A stretch of 63,308 nucleotides of DNA, the filler included, from an uncultured bacterium (GTDB lineage Bacteria > Latescibacterota > UBA2968), in assembly GCA_964471275.1 (NCBI GenBank). It is 5 parts of 5 records of this genome, joined end to end, with 100 filler letters (N's around TTAATTAATTAA, not from the genome) between each part and the next. Parts side by side here need not be neighbours in the genome. Positions count along the whole stretch, not along the records: positions 38,346 to 50,834 come from CAYYGZ010000146.1; 4 more parts are not named here. The stretch is one strand, 5' to 3'. A program made the translations under genes and the position numbers. Below are positions 39,972 through 48,782 of the stretch, piece by piece. Below the pieces are notes generated by a model. The model was given only the letters and a program-made list of their open reading frames with translations, was not told the origin of the DNA and made no database searches. Numbering within the stretch: position 1 is the stretch's first letter; every line of letters begins with the position of its first letter.

Positions 39972-40430
39972 ATGAGTGCTGAAGCTAAGCTGCTGGAAAT
40001 GAGACTCGAACTGCCCGAGATGGCGAAACCGGAAGGTGCATACGTCCCGTCAAAGCGAACGGGCAACCTGGTTTATGTGGCCGGACAGCTTCCTCTGAAG
40101 GATGGGGAGCTGGTGGCCAAAGGAACTGTTGGACGTAATGTGTCCGTCGACGAAGCCTACACGGGAGCGCGTCAGTGCGGCTTGAATATTTTTGCGGTTC
40201 TGAAGGCAGAAATCGGGTCACTCGACAGCATCGTTCAGATGATTCGAGTGGAAGGCTTTGTCGCTTCTGCTGAGGGATTCACAGACCAGGCGAAGGTGAT
40301 CAACGGCGCATCGGAGTTGTTTGCGGATGTGCTCGGTGAGGCAGGGAGTCACGCACGATTCGCGGTAGGCGCGATCGAGCTGCCGTTGGGCGCGAGCGTG
40401 GAAATTGCGGCGATCGTGGAGGTGCGGTGA
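39972..40430 (+). CDS. RidA/YjgF-family protein
   Basis: GNLVYVAGQLP, VINGASEL, GSHARFAVG. Confidence 0.92.
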   Translation: MSAEAKLLEMRLELPEMAKPEGAYVPSKRTGNLVYVAGQLPLKDGELVAKGTVGRNVSVDEAYTGARQCGLNIFAVLKAEIGSLDSIVQMIRVEGFVASAEGFTDQAKVINGASELFADVLGEAGSHARFAVGAIELPLGASVEIAAIVEVR

Positions 40431-40522
40431 GGCAGTGGGAACAGTAAGACAGTGAGTAGTGAGTTGGCTGCCCCGCCTACCAGACGGAGCAGCCTGTCAG
40501 GTTGGTGGGAAGAGTGCGGGCC

Positions 40523-41326
40523 TCACGCTTCGGGGTCAGTCTGTAAGGAACGCCAGCGATCATAGGCCGTGTGTAGAGTTTCCGGCAGTGCCGGGCGGAC
40601 ATTGTCTGCCAACATCCATCGCAGTCGCTTGTCTACTTCCTGCGGCTCATCCTCTGTGTAATGTTTTGACCAACTGGCTGCCAGGGTCAGACGTTCCACG
40701 TCCTTCCGCATGACCCCACGATGCATCGTGTAGCCGTGCCAGAAGACGGTCTGCCCCGCTTTCAAGTAGATAGTCCTCTGGCCTGGGATATCGGCGTGGC
40801 GTGTGTTTCGCATACACTCCTGCTCATAATCGGTGCGATATCGCCTGTGTGATCCGGGGACGAGCTGAAGGCATTCATCGTCCTCAAGGGCAAGATGCCA
40901 CTTGAACGATTTCTGCGGTCGGTTCAGGATCTCCAGTTCTTCCTCTTCGCCCGCATCTCTTGGCAATTCTCCAAAGTCTTTGTGCCAGCCGAACCCCCAG
41001 TCCCTGTCGTAAGGATTCGTGAAGATCAAAACGGCTCCCAGCCGGAGTTCTTCGCCCAGGAAGTGGTGAACAAAGGGCAGGACTTCGTCACACCCCAGAT
41101 AATCTGCGAAGATGGGCTCATCGAATTCCGGGGCGAAGAGGCCGCGGATCGCCCACGGTTCCTCGGTATCCGTGCGATGCGTATAGATGTCGACCGTCCT
41201 GTCACGGACCTTCTGTTTTACGCGTTTGACCGCTGCGAGGAGGTCAGGCAGCATGGGCTTTGGCGTTGCTTCGTCTGCATAGAAGAAGCCGCGCGATTCG
41301 AAGTCTTCGATCTGTTTATCGGTCAT
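40523..41326 (-). CDS. phytanoyl-CoA dioxygenase family protein
   Basis: FESRGF, WHKD (HxD), LVPGSH, distal His in MHRG. Confidence 0.88.
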   Translation of the reverse strand: MTDKQIEDFESRGFFYADEATPKPMLPDLLAAVKRVKQKVRDRTVDIYTHRTDTEEPWAIRGLFAPEFDEPIFADYLGCDEVLPFVHHFLGEELRLGAVLIFTNPYDRDWGFGWHKDFGELPRDAGEEEELEILNRPQKSFKWHLALEDDECLQLVPGSHRRYRTDYEQECMRNTRHADIPGQRTIYLKAGQTVFWHGYTMHRGVMRKDVERLTLAASWSKHYTEDEPQEVDKRLRWMLADNVRPALPETLHTAYDRWRSLQTDPEA

Positions 41327-41480
41327 GGGAGAGGAGGCCGCGGGTCAGGGTTCATCAGTGTTCTGGAATTTTGAGCATCTCACGTATGCAAGATAGCCTA
41401 CAGAACGTCGTTCTGGAAATCTAAGGACGTGTGAGGGAAGGGCAAGCAATGCCGCAAGGGGCAGGGAAGAGGCCTGTTTT

Positions 41481-42059
41481 CTATTTCAGGAGCAAAGTTT
41501 CGATGACGATGGCGACACCGTCCTTATCGTTAGAGAGGGTGACGTGATCGGCGACAGATTTTACCGGACTGACGGCGTTCGCCATGGCGACTCCAATACC
41601 TGCGGCCCGAATCATCTCAATGTTGTTTGTGTCGTCACCGAAGGTAATGACTGAACTCAGCACGTGCCCCGATCGCTCTACAACTCGCCGGATGGTGTCC
41701 GATTTCGATACGTCCGCGTGCGTGATCTGGGCAAGGGTTGCCCGGGGCGCGCGATCGAGGAAGTCGTCGACAATCCTGTACGCAGTCGACGATGGGATCG
41801 TTCGGTTCAGGTAGCACACTGTACCAATACAGATGCGAGACCCGGAATAGTAGATCCGAGGAGCGTCGGGCAAGAAACCATCAAGAAGGGCCTCGGCTGC
41901 GCAAGGTGGACGTGCGGTTGCGATGACCGGGTAGTAGTCTTGCGTGACAGCCTGATCGACAGTGGCCCGTGTGCGGCTTGAAATGGATTTGTCAGTGCGG
42001 AGCAGAGCGTCGTCAAGATCGAGGGCGAGATAGCAAATGGGCGTAGAATCGAGGGACAA
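41481..42059 (-). pseudogene. Cof-type HAD hydrolase with cap domain deleted
   Basis: DLDDALL (for DLDGTLL), ATARP and FGDDTNN motifs are degenerate; the segment before the conserved Lys is much shorter than in Cof proteins. Confidence 0.6.
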
Positions 42060-42135
42060 GGGCGGATAAATCGATGTTCAGAGTTCAGAATATAGAAGGG
42101 GGAGAGTGGAGACTCGGGTGCATTCAGCAGTGCCT

Positions 42136-42170
42136 AAACCAAACCCCCTGACCGGATTGCAGTAGGGGGT
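42136..42170 (-). terminator. probable terminator of infA
   Basis: Minus strand ACCCCCT..AGGGGGT followed by TTGGTTT. Confidence 0.5.
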
Positions 42171-42202
42171 GATGAGAGAGCCTCAAATGTCGGCACGATT
42201 GC

Positions 42203-42490
42203 CTAGCGTCGGCGACGTCGATTTCGGGTGGGGCGATTGCCCTTGGGTCGCGGGCCGGCTGCGCCCATATCACCGGCATCACGGTAGGTGATCCGGCCAC
42301 GGGTCAGGTCATAAGGAGACGTTTCGATGGTGACCTTGTCGCCGACGACGATGCGGATGTTGAAGCGCCGCATTTTGCCCGAAGTGTAGCCCAATATATT
42401 GTGCCCACCTTCGATCTCGACGGTATACTGACCGTCAGGCAGAATATCTGTTACGGTTCCTTCCAGTATTACTTTTTCCTCTTTTGCCAT
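42203..42490 (-). CDS. infA: translation initiation factor IF-1 with Arg-rich C-terminal tail
   Basis: [38 protein letters not shown]; strong RBS GGAGG. Confidence 0.95.
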   Translation of the reverse strand: MAKEEKVILEGTVTDILPDGQYTVEIEGGHNILGYTSGKMRRFNIRIVVGDKVTIETSPYDLTRGRITYRDAGDMGAAGPRPKGNRPTRNRRRRR

Positions 42491-42702
42491 GCAGCCTCCG
42501 ACAAGGGTCCGTTGGTCTCAACGTGAAGAAGAGTGCCGAATTGTCCCATGTATGTCAAGCAAAATAACCGTCACTTAAACAAGGGTTTGGATGCACTCCG
42601 ACCCCATGTCCAACTTCATCAGACTCCCGAGGTTCTTTAGGGAATCTTATTCATCGGAATGCGAAAAAAACCGCTGGAGGATGTTCAAGACTGATCGATA
42701 TT

Positions 42703-42730
42703 TCAAGTAGAGGCCCTCCTTTCACGATAA
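42703..42730 (+). promoter_or_regulatory. possible sigma-28-type promoter
   Basis: TCAA-16 nt-CACGATAA, same spacing as the 25659 site; a second GTCGATAT at 42773. Confidence 0.45.
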
Positions 42731-42807
42731 CGCACTGGAGGGGCAGGCAGCTGGCCAAATGGGGCGCCGGCGGTCGATATCGCAACCGTCACTGAAGGGG
42801 TGGGACC

Positions 42808-43275
42808 ATGATTGTGACCGGCGCGGGCATCTCCCTCCCTGCCTCTCATACCGCCAAGCAGACCTACAGACGCGAAGAGTCACTGATCGCAGGGCTTGCT
42901 TCCGGCGACGAAGGTTTTTCCGAGGAAACAATTAGCAGCGGTCACAAGATTACCCGCATACAAGAGCAGACCGAAGCCTTTTCGGGTGACATAATGCTCG
43001 ACCGATTCCAACGTGATGAAAACATGGGTGCACTTGAGGATACTCGGACTGAGTATCTGTCGTCTCTGCGAGCCCTCCGGGCCGAATTCTCCGTTGAAGC
43101 CAAATCTGTCTCAGATTCAACCCTCCTTTCCTCGATGGCTGAATCGGAAGCTGTCGAATCGATAGTTCCCTCCGACTACACCTTTTCCGCAAGAGATCGT
43201 GCGCGGATCGAGTTGATTTTGACGATTGTCGAGGAACTGACGGGCAAATGGATCGAGATTGCTGATCCGGAATAG
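42808..43275 (+). CDS. hypothetical protein, probably a truncated flagellar-regulon-associated protein
   Basis: MIVTGAGISLPASH..YRREESL N-terminus and LILTIVEELTGKWIEI segment; runs into a convergent remnant. Confidence 0.5.
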   Translation: MIVTGAGISLPASHTAKQTYRREESLIAGLASGDEGFSEETISSGHKITRIQEQTEAFSGDIMLDRFQRDENMGALEDTRTEYLSSLRALRAEFSVEAKSVSDSTLLSSMAESEAVESIVPSDYTFSARDRARIELILTIVEELTGKWIEIADPE

Positions 43276-43289
43276 TTCCTTGAAAGTCG

Positions 43290-43560
43290 AACCGTGGACA
43301 CGCAGCTCGATCCGCTCACGCCTCTGCCTGATGCGCAAGACACCTTCGTGTGGCAGACTTAATTCGCGTGGTAAGGATTGGATGGTCTTCTTTTGCAGGG
43401 CGGTGTCCGGGCTGGCGGAGAGCAGCCACGCCCGCATGACGCGTCGACCGTCCGGGGTGAGGAGGTTTTCTGGCGCGAAGTAGTGAGTGCGCAGGCCGCA
43501 TCCATAAATGGGCTGCTCGTCACGTCGCCAGTTCACGCGCCCGTGAGAATACTCTGATCT
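43290..43560 (-). pseudogene. glycoside hydrolase family 32 fragment
   Basis: YFAPENLLTPDGRRVMRAW, QSLPRELSL..GVLRI (last propeller blade); catalytic motifs absent. Confidence 0.7.
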
Positions 43561-43761
43561 CAGGATATGCGGCAGGGAGTGTTGCCCCTTTATGCCCTCT
43601 TGATCACGCATAGATCGGTATTGCGTGTAACGATACATTCCCGGCATCATCCAGATCACCTGGGATGAACTGGATCACGATCAGGGCGCGATTTGATTCG
43701 CCGTCCAATCGTGGTACATTGCGCTATTCGAATTGACCAAGATATGCGGAGGAGTAACCTG

Positions 43762-44769
43762 ATGCCAGAGATGAACGGTCAGATCACGCTGGCCCAACGG
43801 CCATACGGATTCCCCAAGGACTCAGACTTCAAACTTGTTGAAACCGACATACCGAACCCGGGTGACGGTGAGATGCTGATCAGGAACGAGTATATGTCCG
43901 TCGATCCCTACATGAGGGGACGGATGAATGTCGGGAAGTCCTATGCGGCGAACATCGAGATCGGCGACGTAATGATCGGCGGAACGGTCGGGCAGGTGAT
44001 CGAGTCGAATCATCCGGATTTTCTGAGTGGCGACACGGTGCAGGCAAATCTGGGATGGCAGACCCACGGGATCTCGAACGGCGAAGGCGCACGGAAGATC
44101 GATTCGTCGCTGGCGCCGATCTCTACCTCGCTCGGCGTGCTGGGAATGCCCGGGCTGACAGCCTATTTCGGTTTGCTCGACGTTACCAAACCCGTGGCCG
44201 GTGAGACCGTCGTTGTCTCTGCCGCTTCAGGTGCCGTCGGGTCTGTGGTTGGTCAGATCGCCAAGATCAAGGGCTGCAAAGTCATCGGTGTGGTGGGCAC
44301 AGATGAGAAGGTCCGGTATATCCTCGATGAGCTCGGTTTTGACGGCGCATTCAACTACAAAGCGTCGACCGATTACGGCGCATCGTTCGCTGATCTCTGT
44401 CCCGACGGCGTCGATATCTACTTCGATAACGTGGGTGGGCCGATCACGGATGCCGTGTTCCCGCTCCTCAACCTCAGGGGTCGTGTGGCCGTCTGCGGTC
44501 AGATTGCTCAGTACAACGCGACCGAGTCACCCGTCGGTCCGCGGCTTCTCTGGCACTGCATCGTGAAGCGTCTTCGGATTCAGGGATTGCTGGTTACGGA
44601 TTGGGCAGATCAGTATGACCAGGCGCTTCGGGAGATGTCTCAATGGGTGGCATCCGGCCAGGTCAAATACCGCGAGGATGTCGTCGAGGGAATAGAGAAT
44701 GCGCCAGCGGCCTTTATGGGCCTTCTTCGAGGGGACCATATCGGGAAGCGGGTTGTGAAGATTGGGTAG
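43762..44769 (+). CDS. NADP-dependent oxidoreductase (CurA/YncB, PTGR family)
   Basis: SVDPYMRGRM, LGVLGMPGLTAYFGL, SAASGAVGS, YFDNVGG, CGQIAQYN. Confidence 0.95.
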   Translation: MPEMNGQITLAQRPYGFPKDSDFKLVETDIPNPGDGEMLIRNEYMSVDPYMRGRMNVGKSYAANIEIGDVMIGGTVGQVIESNHPDFLSGDTVQANLGWQTHGISNGEGARKIDSSLAPISTSLGVLGMPGLTAYFGLLDVTKPVAGETVVVSAASGAVGSVVGQIAKIKGCKVIGVVGTDEKVRYILDELGFDGAFNYKASTDYGASFADLCPDGVDIYFDNVGGPITDAVFPLLNLRGRVAVCGQIAQYNATESPVGPRLLWHCIVKRLRIQGLLVTDWADQYDQALREMSQWVASGQVKYREDVVEGIENAPAAFMGLLRGDHIGKRVVKIG

Positions 44770-44931
44770 GAAAGGCGAGTGGGGAGTGCACGGGGCGTGG
44801 GTTGAGCGGTCTTCTAGCCCTGCCACATATACCAGAAGCCATAGCCAGATGTGTCACCCGCAGGAAGGCTGCCTGCCCCGTGCCTCTTGCTCCAAGCCCC
44901 CTGCACCTTTCAAAAAGGGTCCTCTAAGAAC

Positions 44932-45699
44932 ATGCCCCTAACCGAATCTCAACAATCACACTTCCACACGAATGGATTCTGCCTCATTCCGAATCCGTTT
45001 GGGCAAGAGACGATGCTGGAGGTGGAGCGACTTCAGCGAACCAACGAGGCTGATTGGGAAGCAACCGACTGGCCTGACGACCACAATATCGGTGCCTGTC
45101 AGTTTCTGATGATGAAGGAGCAGGCCCTCCGGCTTGTGGAGACGCCGGAGAGCCTGAAGGTTGCCAGGACGCTTCTCGGAACAGATGACATCCACGTGGG
45201 AGCGTGCGGGATGGGCGACGCGTCCAAGACGATCTCGAAGGATGGACGCGCGAAGGTTCAGGTCCAGTGGCACGCGGACGGGGGGCCGGATGTGAGACAA
45301 GTGTCGTTTCGGACAGCCCTAGATCGACACGACTCGTCGAACGGGCCGCTGCGCGTCCTGCCCGGGACGCATCTGAAGGCGCGAGACGAGGTCTACGAGG
45401 AATTGAAGCAGGTCGAAATCGCGACGGGAACACACGACAAAGAACCCGCGATGTGTTTTGCCGCTCATCCTGCGGAAGTGGAAGTGCGGCTCGATCCGAG
45501 ATGGACGCTGGTCTGGACGCCCAGCTGCTGGCACGCGACAGGTGAGAAGACAGCGGCGGGACCGAGAAGGGCAATGGCGTGGAACTACTACCCGGAGGAC
45601 GGGAGGACACGAGATCTGGAGGCGCTGAAGCGGATCTTTTTCGGAGAGTGGGAGGGGTGGTCGGATGAGCGGAAACGGTTGTGGGGACTGCTTAGGTGA
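44932..45699 (+). CDS. phytanoyl-CoA dioxygenase family protein
   Basis: FHTNGF, WHAD, NGPLRVLPGTH, WHA; start re-placed at ATG 44932. Confidence 0.88.
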   Translation: MPLTESQQSHFHTNGFCLIPNPFGQETMLEVERLQRTNEADWEATDWPDDHNIGACQFLMMKEQALRLVETPESLKVARTLLGTDDIHVGACGMGDASKTISKDGRAKVQVQWHADGGPDVRQVSFRTALDRHDSSNGPLRVLPGTHLKARDEVYEELKQVEIATGTHDKEPAMCFAAHPAEVEVRLDPRWTLVWTPSCWHATGEKTAAGPRRAMAWNYYPEDGRTRDLEALKRIFFGEWEGWSDERKRLWGLLR

Positions 45700-46011
45700 A
45701 CGCGCCGAGCGGTAAGCAATCAGTACCAGCGAGCGTGCTTCTATACGGCACGTACGAAGTTCAGATGCACGACGCCAGCTGTCAGCGTCCGTATGTGCCT
45801 CCTCAGAAAGACCGACCTTAACGCACTTGGCTCTTCCCAACCCGCGTTCAGGTTCGGATTCTGTTTCTCATAGATTTCGAATCTGCCAGCCAGCCATAGA
45901 ACGTCCCTCTGTTTCACCGGTACTGAATCGATAGATCCCGCCGTCAAGCAATCTCTCCAGGTGAATCCGTGATTCCGCTCGCACAGGTGATCCGTTCCGA
46001 AGATAGCTTCA

Positions 46012-46785
46012 CTAGACTACCAGCTGGTGCGCCCGCGTGAAGCATCGCTTTCGAATGACGGTTACGACGATGATCGAGCCGATCGCGGTGCTTGCGACAA
46101 GCATAAGCATGACAATGATCTGATACTTGATCGCTAGGACCGGGTCGGAGCCGGCGAGAATCTGACCCGTCATCATTCCCGGGATGGAGACGAGTCCGAC
46201 TGTCATGAGTGAATTGATGGAGGGGTTCATCCCTGCACGGATGGTGTCGCGAAGGATGGTTTCTGTCGCTTCCTGGTAGGTGGCGCCCAGACAGAGCGCC
46301 AGTTCCACCTCGTTCCGCTGCTTGCGGATGTCGGCGAAAAGTCGATCCAGTGAGACCGTGATCGCATTCATCGAATTACCGATGATCATGCCGCCCAGTG
46401 GAATGAAGTACTGCGGGGTGTACCACGGTCTTACCTGCACGATGACGGAGGTCACGAGGATGGAGACGAGCGTGTAGCTCGAGACCATCGAGATGAAGGT
46501 CGGGATAAAGATGGAGACCTTCTCTTCACCTACGCGTCCCCGGATCGCGTGTGCGGCCCAGAAGACCATGAAGCTGAACAGGAGCAGGATAAGCCAGGCA
46601 TTGTCCAGGTCGAAGATAAACTTGAGGACGTAGCCCATCACGCCAAGCTGAGCGAATGCACGGATCGTCCCAATCAGGAGATCTCGCTCGAGTCCCAGCT
46701 TCAGAGTCATGCTGCCCGCACCCGCGATGATGATGAAGACGAAGCAGTATGCGAGCTGGAGTGGACCGACGTCGATGACGTTCAT
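46012..46785 (-). CDS. fetB: iron-export ABC transporter permease (YbbM/FetB)
   Basis: RAFAQL, WYTPQYFIPLGGMIIGNSMN, GLVSIPGMMTGQILAG, KYQI. Confidence 0.9.
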   Translation of the reverse strand: MNVIDVGPLQLAYCFVFIIIAGAGSMTLKLGLERDLLIGTIRAFAQLGVMGYVLKFIFDLDNAWLILLLFSFMVFWAAHAIRGRVGEEKVSIFIPTFISMVSSYTLVSILVTSVIVQVRPWYTPQYFIPLGGMIIGNSMNAITVSLDRLFADIRKQRNEVELALCLGATYQEATETILRDTIRAGMNPSINSLMTVGLVSIPGMMTGQILAGSDPVLAIKYQIIVMLMLVASTAIGSIIVVTVIRKRCFTRAHQLVV

Positions 46786-47441
46786 TGTGCTGTCTCTGTC
46801 AGATGGCCGTTTTCGATCGTAAAGCGACGAGCATCGGTGTCGCCCGCGTCGAACTCGAGGTGTGTGACCAGAATCACGGTTGTGCGGCGCTTGCTGTTCA
46901 CGAGCCGAAAGCGCTCCTCAACGAGCGTTCGCGACTCGGGATCCAGGGCCGAGGTGGGCTCGTCACCCAGGATAATATCCGGTTCTGTGAGGAGCGTACG
47001 GATCGTGGCGAGCCGCTGTTTCTGGCCTACAGACAGATTATCTGCCGAGCCAGCCAGCTTGATGTCACCCAAGTTGAAATCTACCAGATCGGCCTCCAGA
47101 CGAGCACGGTCGGGCTGCGGCGTCGATGCGGATCGATACCGGAACGGGAGTGTGAGGTTTTCGTGAACAGTTCCGGGGATCAGGATGGGGTTTTGCTGAA
47201 CATACCCGACGCGGCGGCGATAGGTCGTGACCTCGATGTCGGTCACCGGGTTCCCGTCGGCCGACAGGGTACCGGAGGAGGGCTCACCCAGCCTGTTGAG
47301 CAGGCGGAGGAAGCTGCTCTTTCCGGATCCGGAGGCGCCCCGGATGATGATGAAGTCGCCCTGGTTGATGCAGACGGATACATCGGTGAACAGTGTCTTG
47401 TCATCAAAGGACAGACTGATATTCTCTAGTGACAGTTTCAT
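46782..47441 (-). CDS. fetA: ABC ATP-binding protein (YbbL/FetA-like)
   Basis: GASGSGKS, LSVGQKQR, DEPTSALD; coupled to fetB. Confidence 0.82.
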   Translation of the reverse strand: MKLSLENISLSFDDKTLFTDVSVCINQGDFIIIRGASGSGKSSFLRLLNRLGEPSSGTLSADGNPVTDIEVTTYRRRVGYVQQNPILIPGTVHENLTLPFRYRSASTPQPDRARLEADLVDFNLGDIKLAGSADNLSVGQKQRLATIRTLLTEPDIILGDEPTSALDPESRTLVEERFRLVNSKRRTTVILVTHLEFDAGDTDARRFTIENGHLTETAQ

Positions 47442-47466
47442 TCAGGTTCGCCTGGTCGTCCTTAAG

Positions 47467-48678
47467 TCAGAAGGCGTAGACGGAGCCGGAGAGGGAGCCC
47501 GTATCATCGTCACCGTGGGCGCCGGCGAGACCGAAACCGTCGGAGATGGCGACTGAGCGGCCAAGGAAATCCAGTTCCGAGGAGAGCTGGGCGATGTGTT
47601 TTGTGGGATTGCCGTACTTGGACCCAGAACGGGTGAATGTGTAGGCGGCGCCGGCCTGCAGGATGCGGTCGTGACTGTCTCCCCTCGCGCCTATGAGTAT
47701 CCGTTTGGGTGAAATGTCAACGGAGAAGCCGAAGTATTTGTTGGCGCGCCTGTCCGGCGCCTCGAGCTTCTGACGCATGACCCATCCACGCTGCGAACGG
47801 GCAAAGAGATACGCGGCCCCCGAAAAACGGCCGAGCGAGTGGTTCCCGTGCGCACCGACAAGGGCCAGTTTCCCGGATAACGCGACGCTGTGGCCGAAGA
47901 GGTTGTGCTTGCCGCCATCCCGCGCAGTGAGCTTGATTTCCGGTTCCCAGGCATCCGCGACTCGTCTGAAGATATACGCTGCGCCAGCCCGATTGCCTCG
48001 GTCATCGTCGCCGAAGGCCCCCACGATCAGCCGATCCCCGCTGATATCGACGGAGTAGCCGAAGTAGTCCGCTGCCCCTCCCCTCGGCGCGTATAGTTGT
48101 TCACTGAACTGCCAGACATCGTTCTCCAGTTTGTACAGGTAGACGCTTCCTGCATCGTGACCCCTCTGCGGGTCGCCGTAGGCCCCGACGGCTGCCCAGT
48201 TTCCTCCTGCGGCGATCGAAAGTCCATACTGATCGTCAAAATCGCTGTTGACCGATCGAAAACGGCCAACCTGAACCCATCCATCAGAAAACCGTCGGAA
48301 GACATATGCCGATCCCGTCTGGGGTCCGGCTTCAATATCCCCCCTGGATCCAACCCACGCGAAGTCACCTTCGATGGCCACTGCCATGCCAACCTGCTCA
48401 TTGGGGCGGGCCTGCAGGGGGATCAGCTTGGCTTCTTCTTTCCACTTGTGGTTCGTTTGTGCGAAAACGTAGGCCGCCCCTGCATTGGCGCCTCGGTCAT
48501 CGTCGCCGTAGGCCCCAACGATCGCGCGGGCGCCATCGGTGGCGACAACATAGCCGAAATAGTTGTTCGCTTCTCCGTCCGAAGCACGGAGCTTCGCAGA
48601 CTCCGCCATCGGTCGGCTGTCAGGGGAACACCCCAAGCCGGTGATAAAGAGGAGGAGCGTGAGGCGAAGGAGGATCAA
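47467..48678 (-). CDS. FG-GAP repeat (7-bladed beta-propeller) lipoprotein
   Basis: Lipobox GLGC; seven FG.SV.I.G....VGA.GD....G.AYVF repeats; TTG start after GGAGA. Confidence 0.9.
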   Translation of the reverse strand: MILLRLTLLLFITGLGCSPDSRPMAESAKLRASDGEANNYFGYVVATDGARAIVGAYGDDDRGANAGAAYVFAQTNHKWKEEAKLIPLQARPNEQVGMAVAIEGDFAWVGSRGDIEAGPQTGSAYVFRRFSDGWVQVGRFRSVNSDFDDQYGLSIAAGGNWAAVGAYGDPQRGHDAGSVYLYKLENDVWQFSEQLYAPRGGAADYFGYSVDISGDRLIVGAFGDDDRGNRAGAAYIFRRVADAWEPEIKLTARDGGKHNLFGHSVALSGKLALVGAHGNHSLGRFSGAAYLFARSQRGWVMRQKLEAPDRRANKYFGFSVDISPKRILIGARGDSHDRILQAGAAYTFTRSGSKYGNPTKHIAQLSSELDFLGRSVAISDGFGLAGAHGDDDTGSLSGSVYAF

Positions 48679-48782
48679 TGTGGTTCTCCAGGGTGAATCG
48701 GTTTTCGCCGAATCGAACGAAGGGACCGTTCCTATATTCTATGACGAATATGCCATTCGGGAAACTAGCTCGAGGGAAATAC

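Noticed and set aside
45720..45900. Minus-strand MAGWQIRNL-TGA-ETESEPERG... as a selenoprotein or cupin gene
   Set aside because: TGA is not in a redox-motif context, no SECIS-like hairpin is evident, and the downstream frame is incoherent; at most a remnant
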